Positions 1 to 9,217 of a DNA stretch of 64,000 nucleotides are shown here, one piece after another (the stretch's first letter is position 1; every line of letters begins with the position of its first letter). The stretch is from NCBI GenBank assembly GCA_963666485.2, contig CAXXUO010000002.1, positions 605,466 through 669,465 on the forward strand, in the 5' to 3' direction. The notes under the pieces are model-generated. The model saw nothing but the letters and a program-made list of their open reading frames with translations, was not told where the DNA came from and searched no databases. Source of the stretch: Syntrophorhabdaceae bacterium. GTDB taxonomy: Bacteria > Desulfobacterota > Syntrophorhabdia > Syntrophorhabdales > Syntrophorhabdaceae. Position numbers and translations under genes: made by a program.

Positions 1-403
1 CGCCGAACACCTCGACATCGATCTGGTGAAATTCGCGGTACCTGCCTTTCTGGGGCCGCTCGTGGCGGAACATGGGGCCTATCGTACAGACCTTCGTCAG
101 CCTCTCGGTCGCGTAGAGGCCTTCCTGCAGGTATGACCTGACCATCCCCGCCGTTGCTTCCGGCCTCATGGACAGGGAATCACCACCGGCATCTACGAAT
201 GTGAACATCTCTTTCTCAACGATATCCGTCGTATCGCCTATGCTCCGCACGAATAATTCTGTCTTTTCCAGGATGGGGAGCTCGATCTCCCGGTAACCGA
301 GCCGCGTGCTGTATTTCCGGAAAGCCTGCTCTATCGTTTTAAATTTCTCGAGCTCTTCGCCCAGGATATCGCGAAAGCCGCGCAGTGTTCTGATCTTCTC
401 CAT
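1..403 (-). CDS. hisS: Histidine--tRNA ligase, N-terminal part (runs off window)
   Basis: Manual translation MEKIRTLRGFRDILG...GYREIELPILEKTELFVRSIGDTTDIVEKEMFTF...MRPEATA...GPMFRHERPQKGRYREFHQ shows class II motifs 1 and 2. Confidence 0.97.
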   Translation of the reverse strand, partial: MEKIRTLRGFRDILGEELEKFKTIEQAFRKYSTRLGYREIELPILEKTELFVRSIGDTTDIVEKEMFTFVDAGGDSLSMRPEATAGMVRSYLQEGLYATERLTKVCTIGPMFRHERPQKGRYREFHQIDVEVFG

Positions 404-487
404 TATCGCTCCGGCATCGGGTATTCCGACTTCATTTAGGTATCATAAAATAAAGAAGAAATGGAAGTGAATTTTCCTGCCACCCCC

Positions 488-660
488 GCCGTCATTCCCA
501 ACCACTCCCCGTCATTCCCAACCACTCGCCGTCATTCCCAACCACTCGCCGTCATTCCCAACCACTCGCCGTCATTCCCAACCTCCCGCCCGTCGGCATC
601 CCCAACCTCCCGCCCGTCATTCCCAACCACTCGCCGTCATTCCCAACCACTCGCCGTCAT
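488..660 (+). repeat. Tandem ~20-bp repeat (gccgtcattcccaaccactc), about 8 units, leading into a REP-like palindrome
   Basis: Read directly; two central units are degenerate. Confidence 0.95.
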
Positions 661-838
661 TCCGGCGAAGGCCGGAATCCAGTGTCTTTAATTTCTTCCT
701 TTCGTTATGACAATAGATTTGATATCTTCATCTAGTTCAGTGCCTGAAGAATTTTGTCTGGATCTTTCACCTGGCCTGTTAGAGGGCAATAAAGACACTG
801 GATTCCGGCACCCAGAGGGTACCCGGCCGGAATGACGG
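655..838. repeat. Inverted pair of REP-like palindromes (REPIN-like doublet)
   Basis: cgtcattccggcgaaggccggaatccagtgtctt at 655 and reverse copy agacactggattccgg...ccggaatgacgg at 793-838. Confidence 0.9.
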
Positions 839-870
839 GTTGAGAGATTCTCGTTTGTAATGGGACCAGT

Positions 871-1266
871 ATGACCGAAGAATACAGCAAGCTGATCACC
901 GACCATTTTGAGAACCCGCGCAATTGCGGGACCATGGAAGGCCCTGACGGCGTCGGGCGCGTCGGCGACCCTGACCAGGGGGATTACCTCACGGTGTTTA
1001 TCAGGGTCGAGGACACGGTCATTAAAGACGTTAAATACCAGACACGGGGCTGCCCCGTATGTGTCGCATGCGCAAGCATGATGACCGGGCTTGCCATCGG
1101 GTCGAACCTCGACGACGCCATGACGATCGAGGGCGAGGATATCTCGTCTGCCTTCGGGGGTTTGCCGGAAGATAAGATGCACTGCGCGAACCGTGCGGCA
1201 AAAGGTATCCAGGAAGCCGTTATCTCGCACGTCTACGGCCGGGCGGGTGTTTCTTCAAAAAGCTGA
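871..1266 (+). CDS. IscU/NifU N-terminal-type Fe-S scaffold protein
   Basis: YSKLITDHFENPRNCG, GD motif, GCPVCVACASMM, LPEDKMHC. Confidence 0.9.
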   Translation: MTEEYSKLITDHFENPRNCGTMEGPDGVGRVGDPDQGDYLTVFIRVEDTVIKDVKYQTRGCPVCVACASMMTGLAIGSNLDDAMTIEGEDISSAFGGLPEDKMHCANRAAKGIQEAVISHVYGRAGVSSKS

Positions 1267-2300
1267 CATATTTTCTCACGGGCAGCGGCGAGGAGCGTAT
1301 TCTTCAGCGTATCGTCCGCCGGGTCGCTGGCTTGCAGTTCCTCATTCCCGTACACATCCCCCAAAATGATAAGCGCTTCGACGGCCGCCTGATTAAGGTC
1401 CGCCATAGACTTTCCGGCAAACCATCTTTCATCGAGCATGCCGAGGTGACTGAGCACCATGAAAACGAATCCCGTCATGCACAGGAACGACGCACATGAG
1501 TCGAGGCTTGGCTCGCCCCCTGCGTCGTAGATGGCACACCGGCCGCTCTCCAGAAAACAGCAGGGGTGTGCTGTGCCGTCTATCCACATGAGCGACAGGT
1601 AATGGCGCCCTTTCGGAATATCGCGGGCAAGGCCCTCCCCGAGTTCCTGTTCTTTCCGGCGGGGAAAGATGACCGAGGCCGCGCCTTCATAACGTATAAT
1701 ATCGTGCGGCGAAAAAAGACTGTCCGTATTTTCGGCCCCGGCTACGGGGAAGGCACCCAGGAGGTCCTTTTCGTTGAGCCCTTTTTCCCTGAAATACTCC
1801 CGGAGCGCGCTGAGCTTCCACGCCCCTATCGTCACCCCGTGGAGAAACATCCTCTCCTTGAAATGGCAACAGTACGCGGGGCACGACCTTACAGGGCAGG
1901 AGGGTTTATCAAATACGCCCTCAAACGCCTCGTTGAGTACGGAGACCGCCCGGCTGATGGTATTCATGCGTGCGTAGTTGGGATCGATCACTATCGCCCT
2001 CGCGAGATCGTCCCTGGCGAGGTCCTCCCTGCCGAGTTCCGTAAGGAGCCGTGAGCGCTCGTAGTAATAATCGGGTATGCCGGGGGCCATCTTGATTGCC
2101 CGGGATATAGCCCCGACCGCGCCCGCGGTGTCTCCCGCCATCCCGAGGGCACGCGAGAGCCCGGACCAGGCATGCGGGGTATCGCCGACATCGATCGCCT
2201 TTTGAAAATAGACGATCCCCTCCTCCAGGTCTCCCTCGTCGACCAGGCGCTCCGCCATGCTGTGAAGATATTTTTCGAGCAGCTTGTCAGGATCGGTCAT
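1233..2300 (-). CDS. TPR-repeat protein with C-terminal Cys-rich (YkgJ/CxxCxxCC-like) domain
   Basis: N-terminal TPR helices; CPVRSCPAYCCH ... CCFLESGRCAIY ... SCASFLC; start placed at MTDPDK. Confidence 0.7.
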   Translation of the reverse strand: MTDPDKLLEKYLHSMAERLVDEGDLEEGIVYFQKAIDVGDTPHAWSGLSRALGMAGDTAGAVGAISRAIKMAPGIPDYYYERSRLLTELGREDLARDDLARAIVIDPNYARMNTISRAVSVLNEAFEGVFDKPSCPVRSCPAYCCHFKERMFLHGVTIGAWKLSALREYFREKGLNEKDLLGAFPVAGAENTDSLFSPHDIIRYEGAASVIFPRRKEQELGEGLARDIPKGRHYLSLMWIDGTAHPCCFLESGRCAIYDAGGEPSLDSCASFLCMTGFVFMVLSHLGMLDERWFAGKSMADLNQAAVEALIILGDVYGNEELQASDPADDTLKNTLLAAAREKICQLFEETPARP

Positions 2301-2410
2301 ATCATCTCCGGGTATCGCCTTATGGTACCACGCTTCAGATGCGAGTGCCAGTGCCACCCCGGGGGAAATCTATTGAAAATTGCCGACCGGTCATTTTAGA
2401 ATGACTCCGT

Positions 2411-3820
2411 ATGTCATCCCATCCGGCGCCGCTCGTTTTCCGCTGGATCGTCATAACGGTTGCATTCGGCGCATTCATGTCGAAGCTTGACAGCTACATT
2501 GTCAACATCTCGCTTCCCACGATCGCCGAACGCTTTCACGTGACATCCGCGGAGGTTTCCTGGGTTGTCCTCGTCTACCTCCTGGTATCGACGAGCACAC
2601 TCTTGCTTTTCGGCAAACTGGGAGACCGGTTCGGGCTGCGGCGCGTCTTCTTTTTCGGCTACCTGCTCTTCACCATAGGTTCGTTCCTGTGCGGCGCGGC
2701 CATGTCCCTCGGGATGCTGGTCGCGGCACGCTTCGTACAGGGCCTCGGGTGCGCGATGATACTGGCCATCGCTTTCGCCGTGATACCGCGGTTCCTCCCG
2801 CCCGAAAGGACCGGCTGGGCCTTCGGCATCGCGTCGACCGGGGCCGCCCTGGGGATAGCGATCGGTGCTCCCGCGGGCGGCATCATTACAGGCTTCCTGT
2901 CCTGGCGCTGGGTGTTTCTTGTCAACGTTCCCTTCGGGCTGTTCGCCATGTACGCGGTCAACAGGTACATACCGGATGAGGACACGGCCCGGCTCAAAAG
3001 GCCCGGGAAGGCGAGTTTCGACATCTTAGGCGCCGGCTTAAGCTTTGGCGGTCTCGCATTTTTCATTTATGCCCTGAGCGCGGGCTGGGATTTTGGATGG
3101 GTCTCCTTCCGGATACTCGGGTCGTTTGCGGCATCCTTCGTGCTCCTGGCCCTGTTCTTCGTGCGGGAGGTGAAATGTTCGGAACCTCTTCTCGAACTCA
3201 GCCTGTTCCGGAGCTTCCACTTCACTGCCGCGGTCACATCTACCCTCTTTGCATACATGCTCCTCGCGGGCAACTCATTCCTCCTGCCTTTTTATCTCGA
3301 GACAGGCAAGAAACTGCCCACGCAGACGGTCGGCTTCGTCATTATGATCTACTCGGTGATCTACATGGCGATAGGCCCCTACGCCGGCCGTATATCCGAC
3401 AAGATCCGCCCGAGCGCGTTGTGTGCGTTTGCCATGCTCTCCGCCGCGGCATGTTCCTTCGTCTTCGCATTCACCCTCGATATGCCGGGCCTCGTACCCG
3501 TTGTCGTCTTTCTCATATGGATAGCGTTTTCTTTCGGCTTTTTCATCTCCCCCAACAACAACCAGGTCATGCGCCTCGCACCCGACCACAAGCAGGGCAG
3601 CGCCTCCGGCGTATTCAACACCATCAACAGCCTCGGGCTCGCCCTCGGCGTCTGTCTCTTCGAATCCCTCATGTCCCGCTCCTCAACGGACGCAGGGCTG
3701 CGCACTTTTCAAACCGCGACCATGGCAGGGTACCGCAATGCCTATATTTTCGGCGGCATCGTGTGCATCATATCTCTCTTCTTTTCGTTGTTGATTGGGT
3801 GGAATAATAAAAACAAATAG
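2411..3820 (+). CDS. MFS transporter, DHA2 (EmrB/QacA) family
   Basis: LDSYIVNISLPTI, GKLGDRFGLRR, WRWVFLVNVPFG motifs; many TM segments. Confidence 0.93.
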   Translation: MSSHPAPLVFRWIVITVAFGAFMSKLDSYIVNISLPTIAERFHVTSAEVSWVVLVYLLVSTSTLLLFGKLGDRFGLRRVFFFGYLLFTIGSFLCGAAMSLGMLVAARFVQGLGCAMILAIAFAVIPRFLPPERTGWAFGIASTGAALGIAIGAPAGGIITGFLSWRWVFLVNVPFGLFAMYAVNRYIPDEDTARLKRPGKASFDILGAGLSFGGLAFFIYALSAGWDFGWVSFRILGSFAASFVLLALFFVREVKCSEPLLELSLFRSFHFTAAVTSTLFAYMLLAGNSFLLPFYLETGKKLPTQTVGFVIMIYSVIYMAIGPYAGRISDKIRPSALCAFAMLSAAACSFVFAFTLDMPGLVPVVVFLIWIAFSFGFFISPNNNQVMRLAPDHKQGSASGVFNTINSLGLALGVCLFESLMSRSSTDAGLRTFQTATMAGYRNAYIFGGIVCIISLFFSLLIGWNNKNK

Positions 3821-3827
3821 AAAAAAT

Positions 3828-3993
3828 GGTTCAAGGTTCAAGGTTCAAGGTTCAAGGTTCAAGGTTCAAGGAAAAAAAATCAAAACCTTGGGTCCCGGGT
3901 CAAGCCCGGGACGATGATTTAAAACATTTTCAATTAAGTGAATAGAAAAAGGGTAATCTGTTCGCTTTGAACTTTGAACCTTGAACTTTGAAC
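3828..3993. repeat. Inverted heptamer arrays (GGTTCAA)n ... (TTGAACY)n enclosing a REP palindrome
   Basis: About 6 units at 3828-3870, 4 reverse units at ~3966-3993, REP at ~3885-3915. Confidence 0.9.
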
Positions 3994-4011
3994 CGGCCCG
4001 CTGCGCGGGCC

Positions 4012-4449
4012 TTACATCGTGACCGACCACCCGTCTTCGATCCCCACCCAGTCTTTGTACTTCTCTTCCCCGCCTCTTGCGCCCCAGTCGGAGTCTATGG
4101 TCAGCTTCGAGCTGATGCCGCCGCGCGGGTGACATATCATCATGATGCGCACCCGGTCGGGCTCGTATACTTCCATGAGGTGATCGTACATGATGTTGAT
4201 GAGCCTTTCGTAGGAGACCACGATGTTCCGCAGCTGGAACATGTACTGTTTGAGGGACTTCAGCTCTATTATCGCCTTCTTCGGATAGAATGTCAGGTAC
4301 ACGACGCCGAAATCGGGCTGCTCGCTGACACCGAGGAACGTGAACTCGGGGATCTTGATCTTGATCTCGTAGGCTTCTTTCGACGGGTTTGGAATGCATT
4401 TGAGTATCGACTTGTCGATATCCTTATATGTTTTGACGTTGGGTCCCAT
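4012..4449 (-). CDS. queF: QueF (preQ0 reductase)-family T-fold protein with atypical active site
   Basis: PEFTFL..QPDFG, IELKSLKQY (QueF motif), PRGGIS; RBS aggagg upstream; catalytic Cys absent. Confidence 0.8.
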   Translation of the reverse strand: MGPNVKTYKDIDKSILKCIPNPSKEAYEIKIKIPEFTFLGVSEQPDFGVVYLTFYPKKAIIELKSLKQYMFQLRNIVVSYERLINIMYDHLMEVYEPDRVRIMMICHPRGGISSKLTIDSDWGARGGEEKYKDWVGIEDGWSVTM

Positions 4450-4466
4450 GTGATGCCTCCTTGTAT

Positions 4467-5192
4467 TTACAGAGTGCGGAACTGCTGGCGGACCTCGTCG
4501 GAGCTGCCGCACGAATACTGCCCTTCCGGGCACGGGCCGCCAAGGCAAGCCGGCCCCGCCTCGCTGAAAATTGCGGGGGCCGCGCCCCTCGCGAGCTTGA
4601 GCATTTCGACCGCCATTGCGCGTATCTCCCACTGTGCACGCCTGCAGCACCTCTGGGAAAAGAAGTGGAGCAACTCCCTGCCATTCATGGTCACGATGAT
4701 CTTCGTCTCGGCCGCGTTAGGCAGAACGAACCGGGCGTCTTCATACGCCGATTCACCCGCGATGCCGCGTTCGTTGAGGGCCTCGATCAGCCTGTTATAG
4801 AATTCCTGTATGCCCTCCATGAAGAACTCGAATTGTTCCTTAAGGGCCGGTTCACCGGCGATCGACGGCGGGATTATGTACCCAAAACCGTCCGCCATGC
4901 TCACGTACCTCTGGGATTGTTGACTGTACGAGGCCAGGCGGTGCCTGACCAGCTGATGAGAGCAGGCACGGGATATCCCCTCTATTGCAAAGGTGAAGGA
5001 AGCATGTTCTATCGGGCTTAAATGCCCTGAATCGACCAGCTTTCCAATGAACGGCTCCTGGTCCTTCGACGCAACGGCTTCCTTGATCCCGGCGACGTCG
5101 GACGCGCTGTAGCATAATTTTGCCGCCGCGGCCACCGTCCCTTCCGGGTCGGGCGTATACGCGAGCAGGACCACGTTTAGCTTTGATTCCAC
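4467..5192 (-). CDS. thyX: FAD-dependent thymidylate synthase
   Basis: GHLSPIEH, RHRLASYSQQSQRY, EDARFVLP, AQWEIR. Confidence 0.97.
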   Translation of the reverse strand: MESKLNVVLLAYTPDPEGTVAAAAKLCYSASDVAGIKEAVASKDQEPFIGKLVDSGHLSPIEHASFTFAIEGISRACSHQLVRHRLASYSQQSQRYVSMADGFGYIIPPSIAGEPALKEQFEFFMEGIQEFYNRLIEALNERGIAGESAYEDARFVLPNAAETKIIVTMNGRELLHFFSQRCCRRAQWEIRAMAVEMLKLARGAAPAIFSEAGPACLGGPCPEGQYSCGSSDEVRQQFRTL

Positions 5193-5208
5193 TCGATCCT
5201 CCTTTTCC

Positions 5209-5580
5209 TCAGATGTCTATCCCCTGCTTCCGGAGCAATTCGGTCTTCTTCTTCGAACATTCCTCGCACCGGAATTCCGGTTTCGGGTCGCGGGTCCTGT
5301 CATACCCTTCAGCCCGGACGATCCGGTACCCGCGCGCCTCCTTCCCGCAATCCACGCAGACGACAACGTCCTTCACTTCCCACTCGACGGCCAGGTGCCG
5401 GGATGTAAAGATGAACCGGTCGACCCAGAAGAATATGAGGCCGCCGATAAGGTTCGCTATGGTGGTGGCGACGAACTCACCCGTATCGGAAAGCCAGTAC
5501 AGGACCACTGCCAGTATGGGGGTCGAGAGCTGCCACCGTACAAGATAAAGCCCGTACCGTTTGAAATTGATCTTCCCCAT
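5209..5580 (-). CDS. Small membrane protein with C-terminal Zn-ribbon
   Basis: Two hydrophobic segments, then CVDC...CEEC. Confidence 0.7.
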   Translation of the reverse strand: MGKINFKRYGLYLVRWQLSTPILAVVLYWLSDTGEFVATTIANLIGGLIFFWVDRFIFTSRHLAVEWEVKDVVVCVDCGKEARGYRIVRAEGYDRTRDPKPEFRCEECSKKKTELLRKQGIDI

Positions 5581-5686
5581 GGCCCCTCCTTATTGTACTC
5601 CCGATGCCGAAATTGTTTGCACTGTACTTTTTTTGGTCATGACTTGTCAACCATAAATATAAGTGAGTTAACAGTTTTTCGACGCC

Positions 5687-6271
5687 TTACGTCGGTCCGC
5701 TTTTGCACACCAGGGCGTAGCGCCACGTATATCGGGATATCCTGCACGAGAAGCCGTTCGCTTCCAGCTTTGCCTTAAGCTCCCGCGGTGAATAGAACCT
5801 CGCCGGCTCTCCGAGGATTTTTTCCATCCGGGTAATGAAACGGCCCACAACCTTTTCGGGGTCGATCTCAAATATGAGAAGCATTCCCGAGGGCCCGAGC
5901 ACCCTTCGCATCTCAGTGACAGCCCGGTCGGTATCGTTGAAATGATGGAACGCATCGCCGATCATGACCGCCGCCAGAGACCGCTCACGGAAGGGCAACG
6001 ATTCCGCCATGCCCAGTACCTTTGCGGTAAACCCGGGTGCGTACTTGAGCATTCCGGGAGCGGGGTCGAGAAGAATGAATGTAACGTCCTTACGCATGTC
6101 ATGCAGGAACCGGGACAACACACCCGTCCCCGAACCGGAATCAAGGATATATGCGCCTTCAGCTATTTCCTTCGATAAGAGGCGGAGATCTTTTTTAAAT
6201 TGTTTCGGGTAGACCAGGGATGCGAACACCTTAAAAACAGGCCCAAGATAATTGAAAGGTATCATGAGCAA
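5687..6271 (-). CDS. Class I SAM-dependent methyltransferase
   Basis: ILDSGSGTG, LDPAPGML, AESLPF, AFHHF, EMRRVL. Confidence 0.88.
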   Translation of the reverse strand: MLMIPFNYLGPVFKVFASLVYPKQFKKDLRLLSKEIAEGAYILDSGSGTGVLSRFLHDMRKDVTFILLDPAPGMLKYAPGFTAKVLGMAESLPFRERSLAAVMIGDAFHHFNDTDRAVTEMRRVLGPSGMLLIFEIDPEKVVGRFITRMEKILGEPARFYSPRELKAKLEANGFSCRISRYTWRYALVCKSGPT

Positions 6272-6304
6272 ATATATATCATGCCGGGGAATTTCCCCAG
6301 TGGC

Positions 6305-6658
6305 TCAGGGCAGGATCTCCTCTTCGCGGACAACTTCGTTCTTTATCCTGCCGAGGAGATGCTGGAGGACGGGCAACACATCCGTCCTGAAACGTCCCGC
6401 AACGAGAACGTACATTATGTCATCACCAACCGTGAGGTCCCCTTCGTTGATCCACGCCCTGACCCCCGCTATCCCGTCCTGGCTTTTCGCCTCGCCGACA
6501 ACGACCTCGAGGAGTTCCCTGTCGAATGACAGGCGCATGCCTTTGACCTGCCCGCCCTGTTTCGAGCTCGCCCTTACCACACCGTTATGGACAAGCATCA
6601 TGCCGAGCATCTCGGGGTCGACAGATCTCTTTATCTCTTCTATCCATTTTTCGACCAT
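6305..6658 (-). CDS. moaE: Molybdopterin synthase large subunit (MoaE-like)
   Basis: GMMLVHNGVVR, EGDLTVGDDIMYVLVAGRFR. Confidence 0.82.
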   Translation of the reverse strand: MVEKWIEEIKRSVDPEMLGMMLVHNGVVRASSKQGGQVKGMRLSFDRELLEVVVGEAKSQDGIAGVRAWINEGDLTVGDDIMYVLVAGRFRTDVLPVLQHLLGRIKNEVVREEEILP

Positions 6659-6768
6659 GTCCGTCCTCCTCAAGACGTTTCTATCATTGATGGCCCTTAA
6701 ACGCAACTTCTATTCGGGATACCCGGGGAATAGAATTACGGATGCCGCATGACGTATAATTAAAAGGT

Positions 6769-8799
6769 ATGGTTGTCGAATATCTCCAGACGCTGGTCAT
6801 CATTCTCGGAATGAGCGCTATTATCGTGTTTGTCCTGGGAAAGCTCAGGATATCGTCCGTGGTCGGGTTCCTTCTCGCGGGCGTCCTTATCGGCCCGTCG
6901 GGTTTCAATCTCATCAGGCAGGTCCACAGTGTTGAGATAATGGCGGAGATCGGGGTCGTTCTGCTGATGTTCACGATCGGCCTTGAATTTTCCCTGAAGA
7001 ACCTTTTCCAGCTGCGCACGATCGTGCTCGGGGGCGGTTCTTTGCAGGTGGGGCTGACCATTGCCCTTATCTGCGGCATCAGTTACCTTTTTTACGGACA
7101 GACACTGAGGGCCGGCATTTTTCACGGTTTTCTGATCGCCCTGAGCAGCACCGCGATCGTATTCAAGCTTCTCTTTGACAACGCACAGATAAACAGCCCG
7201 GCCGGCCGCTTTTCCGTGGGGACGCTCATCTTCCAGGACCTGTGCGTGGTCCCTTTCATGCTTCTCATTCCCGTTCTCTCGGGCAATACGACAGGCCCGG
7301 GCATCCCGTTCACGATCCTGAAAGCCTTCCTGGTTGTCGGGTTCCTGCTTTTTGCCGCCCGCTGGCTGGTCCCTTACATTTTCAGCCATATAGTCGGCAC
7401 GAGGAGCCGGGAATTGTTCGTCATATCGGTCCTGACGCTGTGCCTCGGCACGGCGGTCCTTACATCCTCCCTCGGCCTGTCCCTGGCGCTGGGCGCCTTC
7501 CTGGCGGGCATGGTCATATCGGAATCCGAATATGCCGCACAGGCCGTATCGGATATCATTCCCTTCAAGGAAAGCTTCACCGGGCTTTTTTTCATATCCG
7601 TGGGCATGCTGCTCAACCTCGGCGTGTTGAAGGGCAATCTTCCGGAAATAGGGGAAATGGTCCTCATCATAATTTTCTTGAAGATGGGCGTCATTTTTAT
7701 TACAAGCATCATCCTGGGAAACTCGGTAAAGACATCTCTTATCGCGGGCCTGTACCTGTTCCAGGTGGGCGAGTTCTCCTTTGTCCTCGCTCTCCAGGGA
7801 AGACAATTCGGGCTCATATCCGCGAATCTTTACCAGGCGTTCCTCGCGGCCTCCGTCATTACCATGGTCCTCACCCCTCTCTTGACGCGGGCATCCGCGG
7901 AAGTAGCGGAATGGGCAGTGACACGTACGCCGCTTCGGGTTATCGAGAAGAAAAAACTCCGGGCCGATGGCGAGCGTTATCCCAAAGACATACGGGACCA
8001 TGTGATCATCGTCGGGTTTGGGCTCAATGGCGGCAACCTGGCGAGGATTTTACGTTCCATGGGAATCGAGTACCTCATCCTCGAGTTGAACAGTAAAACT
8101 GTACGGTCGGCAAAAAGAAAGGGTGAGCCGATATTTTATGGTGACGGGACAAGCGTGGAGATCCTGCATAAACTGGGCATCCACAATGCGAACATCCTGG
8201 TCGTGGCCATCAGTGACGCGGCGTCGACACGACGGATAGTTCAGCTCGCCCGCTCGGAAAATCGCGAGTTGTATATCATCGTTCGTACCCGGTATGTGGC
8301 GGAAGTGGAGGAATTGAAAATACTCGGCGCGAACGAAGTGATCCCGGAGGAATTCGAGACGTCCATCGAAATATTTTCCAAGGTGCTCCATCGCCTGCAT
8401 ATACCACTCAATGATATACGCGAACATATCGACCGGACGCGAAGCGATAATTACCTTGCGTTACGGTCCGTCAAGCTCCCCCAAAAATTCTTCGTGGAAC
8501 ATGAGGACCTCTTGAAGAACATCGCGATAGAGACGTACCGTATAAGGGGCGGCTCCGCTGCCGATGATACCAACCTTGGGGAGCTTGAACTTCGGTCGAA
8601 GACCGGGGTCACCGTGATAGGCATCGAGCGCCAGGGCGCCGTCTACAGAATGCCGTCTTCGGCGATGCGCCTCATGGCGGATGACGTCCTTCTCTTTATC
8701 GGAAAGAGGCGGGACATCGATTGTGCGATTGAATTTCTTGATTCAAGACCGGGCGAACCGGTACAGTGCCCGGTAAGGGAGGATGAACCAGACCTATGA
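6769..8799 (+). CDS. CPA2 cation:proton antiporter with TrkA-N and TrkA-C domains (Kef-like)
   Basis: AEIGVVLLMFTIGLEFS, LSSTAIV, FQDL, QVGEFSFV, HVIIVGFG, YGDG. Confidence 0.93.
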   Translation: MVVEYLQTLVIILGMSAIIVFVLGKLRISSVVGFLLAGVLIGPSGFNLIRQVHSVEIMAEIGVVLLMFTIGLEFSLKNLFQLRTIVLGGGSLQVGLTIALICGISYLFYGQTLRAGIFHGFLIALSSTAIVFKLLFDNAQINSPAGRFSVGTLIFQDLCVVPFMLLIPVLSGNTTGPGIPFTILKAFLVVGFLLFAARWLVPYIFSHIVGTRSRELFVISVLTLCLGTAVLTSSLGLSLALGAFLAGMVISESEYAAQAVSDIIPFKESFTGLFFISVGMLLNLGVLKGNLPEIGEMVLIIIFLKMGVIFITSIILGNSVKTSLIAGLYLFQVGEFSFVLALQGRQFGLISANLYQAFLAASVITMVLTPLLTRASAEVAEWAVTRTPLRVIEKKKLRADGERYPKDIRDHVIIVGFGLNGGNLARILRSMGIEYLILELNSKTVRSAKRKGEPIFYGDGTSVEILHKLGIHNANILVVAISDAASTRRIVQLARSENRELYIIVRTRYVAEVEELKILGANEVIPEEFETSIEIFSKVLHRLHIPLNDIREHIDRTRSDNYLALRSVKLPQKFFVEHEDLLKNIAIETYRIRGGSAADDTNLGELELRSKTGVTVIGIERQGAVYRMPSSAMRLMADDVLLFIGKRRDIDCAIEFLDSRPGEPVQCPVREDEPDL

Positions 8800-8957
8800 A
8801 CCCTTTTCTGGCAGGAATAATGGGTACCATCCTGCACCTCAAGAGAACGTGCCCGAAATGCAAACGCGAACAGGTCACCAAGCCTAGTGATAAGCATAAG
8901 CCCGTACGATGCAAATTCTGCGGAGCGAAGATCCCGCCGACACCGTCGACGGATTGA
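8796..8957 (+). CDS. 53-aa Zn-ribbon protein (below ORF-track threshold)
   Basis: MNPFLAGIMGTILHLKRTCPKCKREQVTKPSDKHKPVRCKFCGAKIPPTPSTD; ATGA overlap with the Kef stop. Confidence 0.72.
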   Translation: MNPFLAGIMGTILHLKRTCPKCKREQVTKPSDKHKPVRCKFCGAKIPPTPSTD

Positions 8958-8980
8958 CGGCATAACAGGAATCTACCACT

Positions 8981-9142
8981 GCCGTCATCCCTTCACGCTC
9001 GCCGTCATCCCTTCACGCTCGCCGTCATCCCGGGCTTGACCCGGGACCCAAGGTTTGGTTTTTATTATTCTTTTTGATATCAAAGTTTTGAAATGGTTCA
9101 AGAAGAAAAACCATGGGTCCCGGCTCGGAGGCCGGGATGACG
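8981..9142. repeat. REP-like doublet preceded by two 20-bp tandem units
   Basis: (gccgtcatcccttcacgctc)x2, then gccgtcatcccgggcttgacccgggaccc; reverse copy 9113-9142. Confidence 0.9.
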
Positions 9143-9217
9143 GACCTGGATGATTACGACACAGTCCGGGAAACCGGGTTCCCGTGTTTTTGTCCTTGTT
9201 TTTGCACGCCCGTGCTG

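Noticed and set aside
488..660. CRISPR array
   Set aside because: Units are contiguous 20-bp tandem copies with no unique spacers, and no cas genes are present
461..691. 76-aa ORF
   Set aside because: Translation of the tandem repeat and REP
6760..8001. Long antisense ORFs (also 14041-15030, 27735-28883, 56622-57614, 63057-63989 and others)
   Set aside because: Shadows of well-supported genes on the opposite strand in GC-rich DNA
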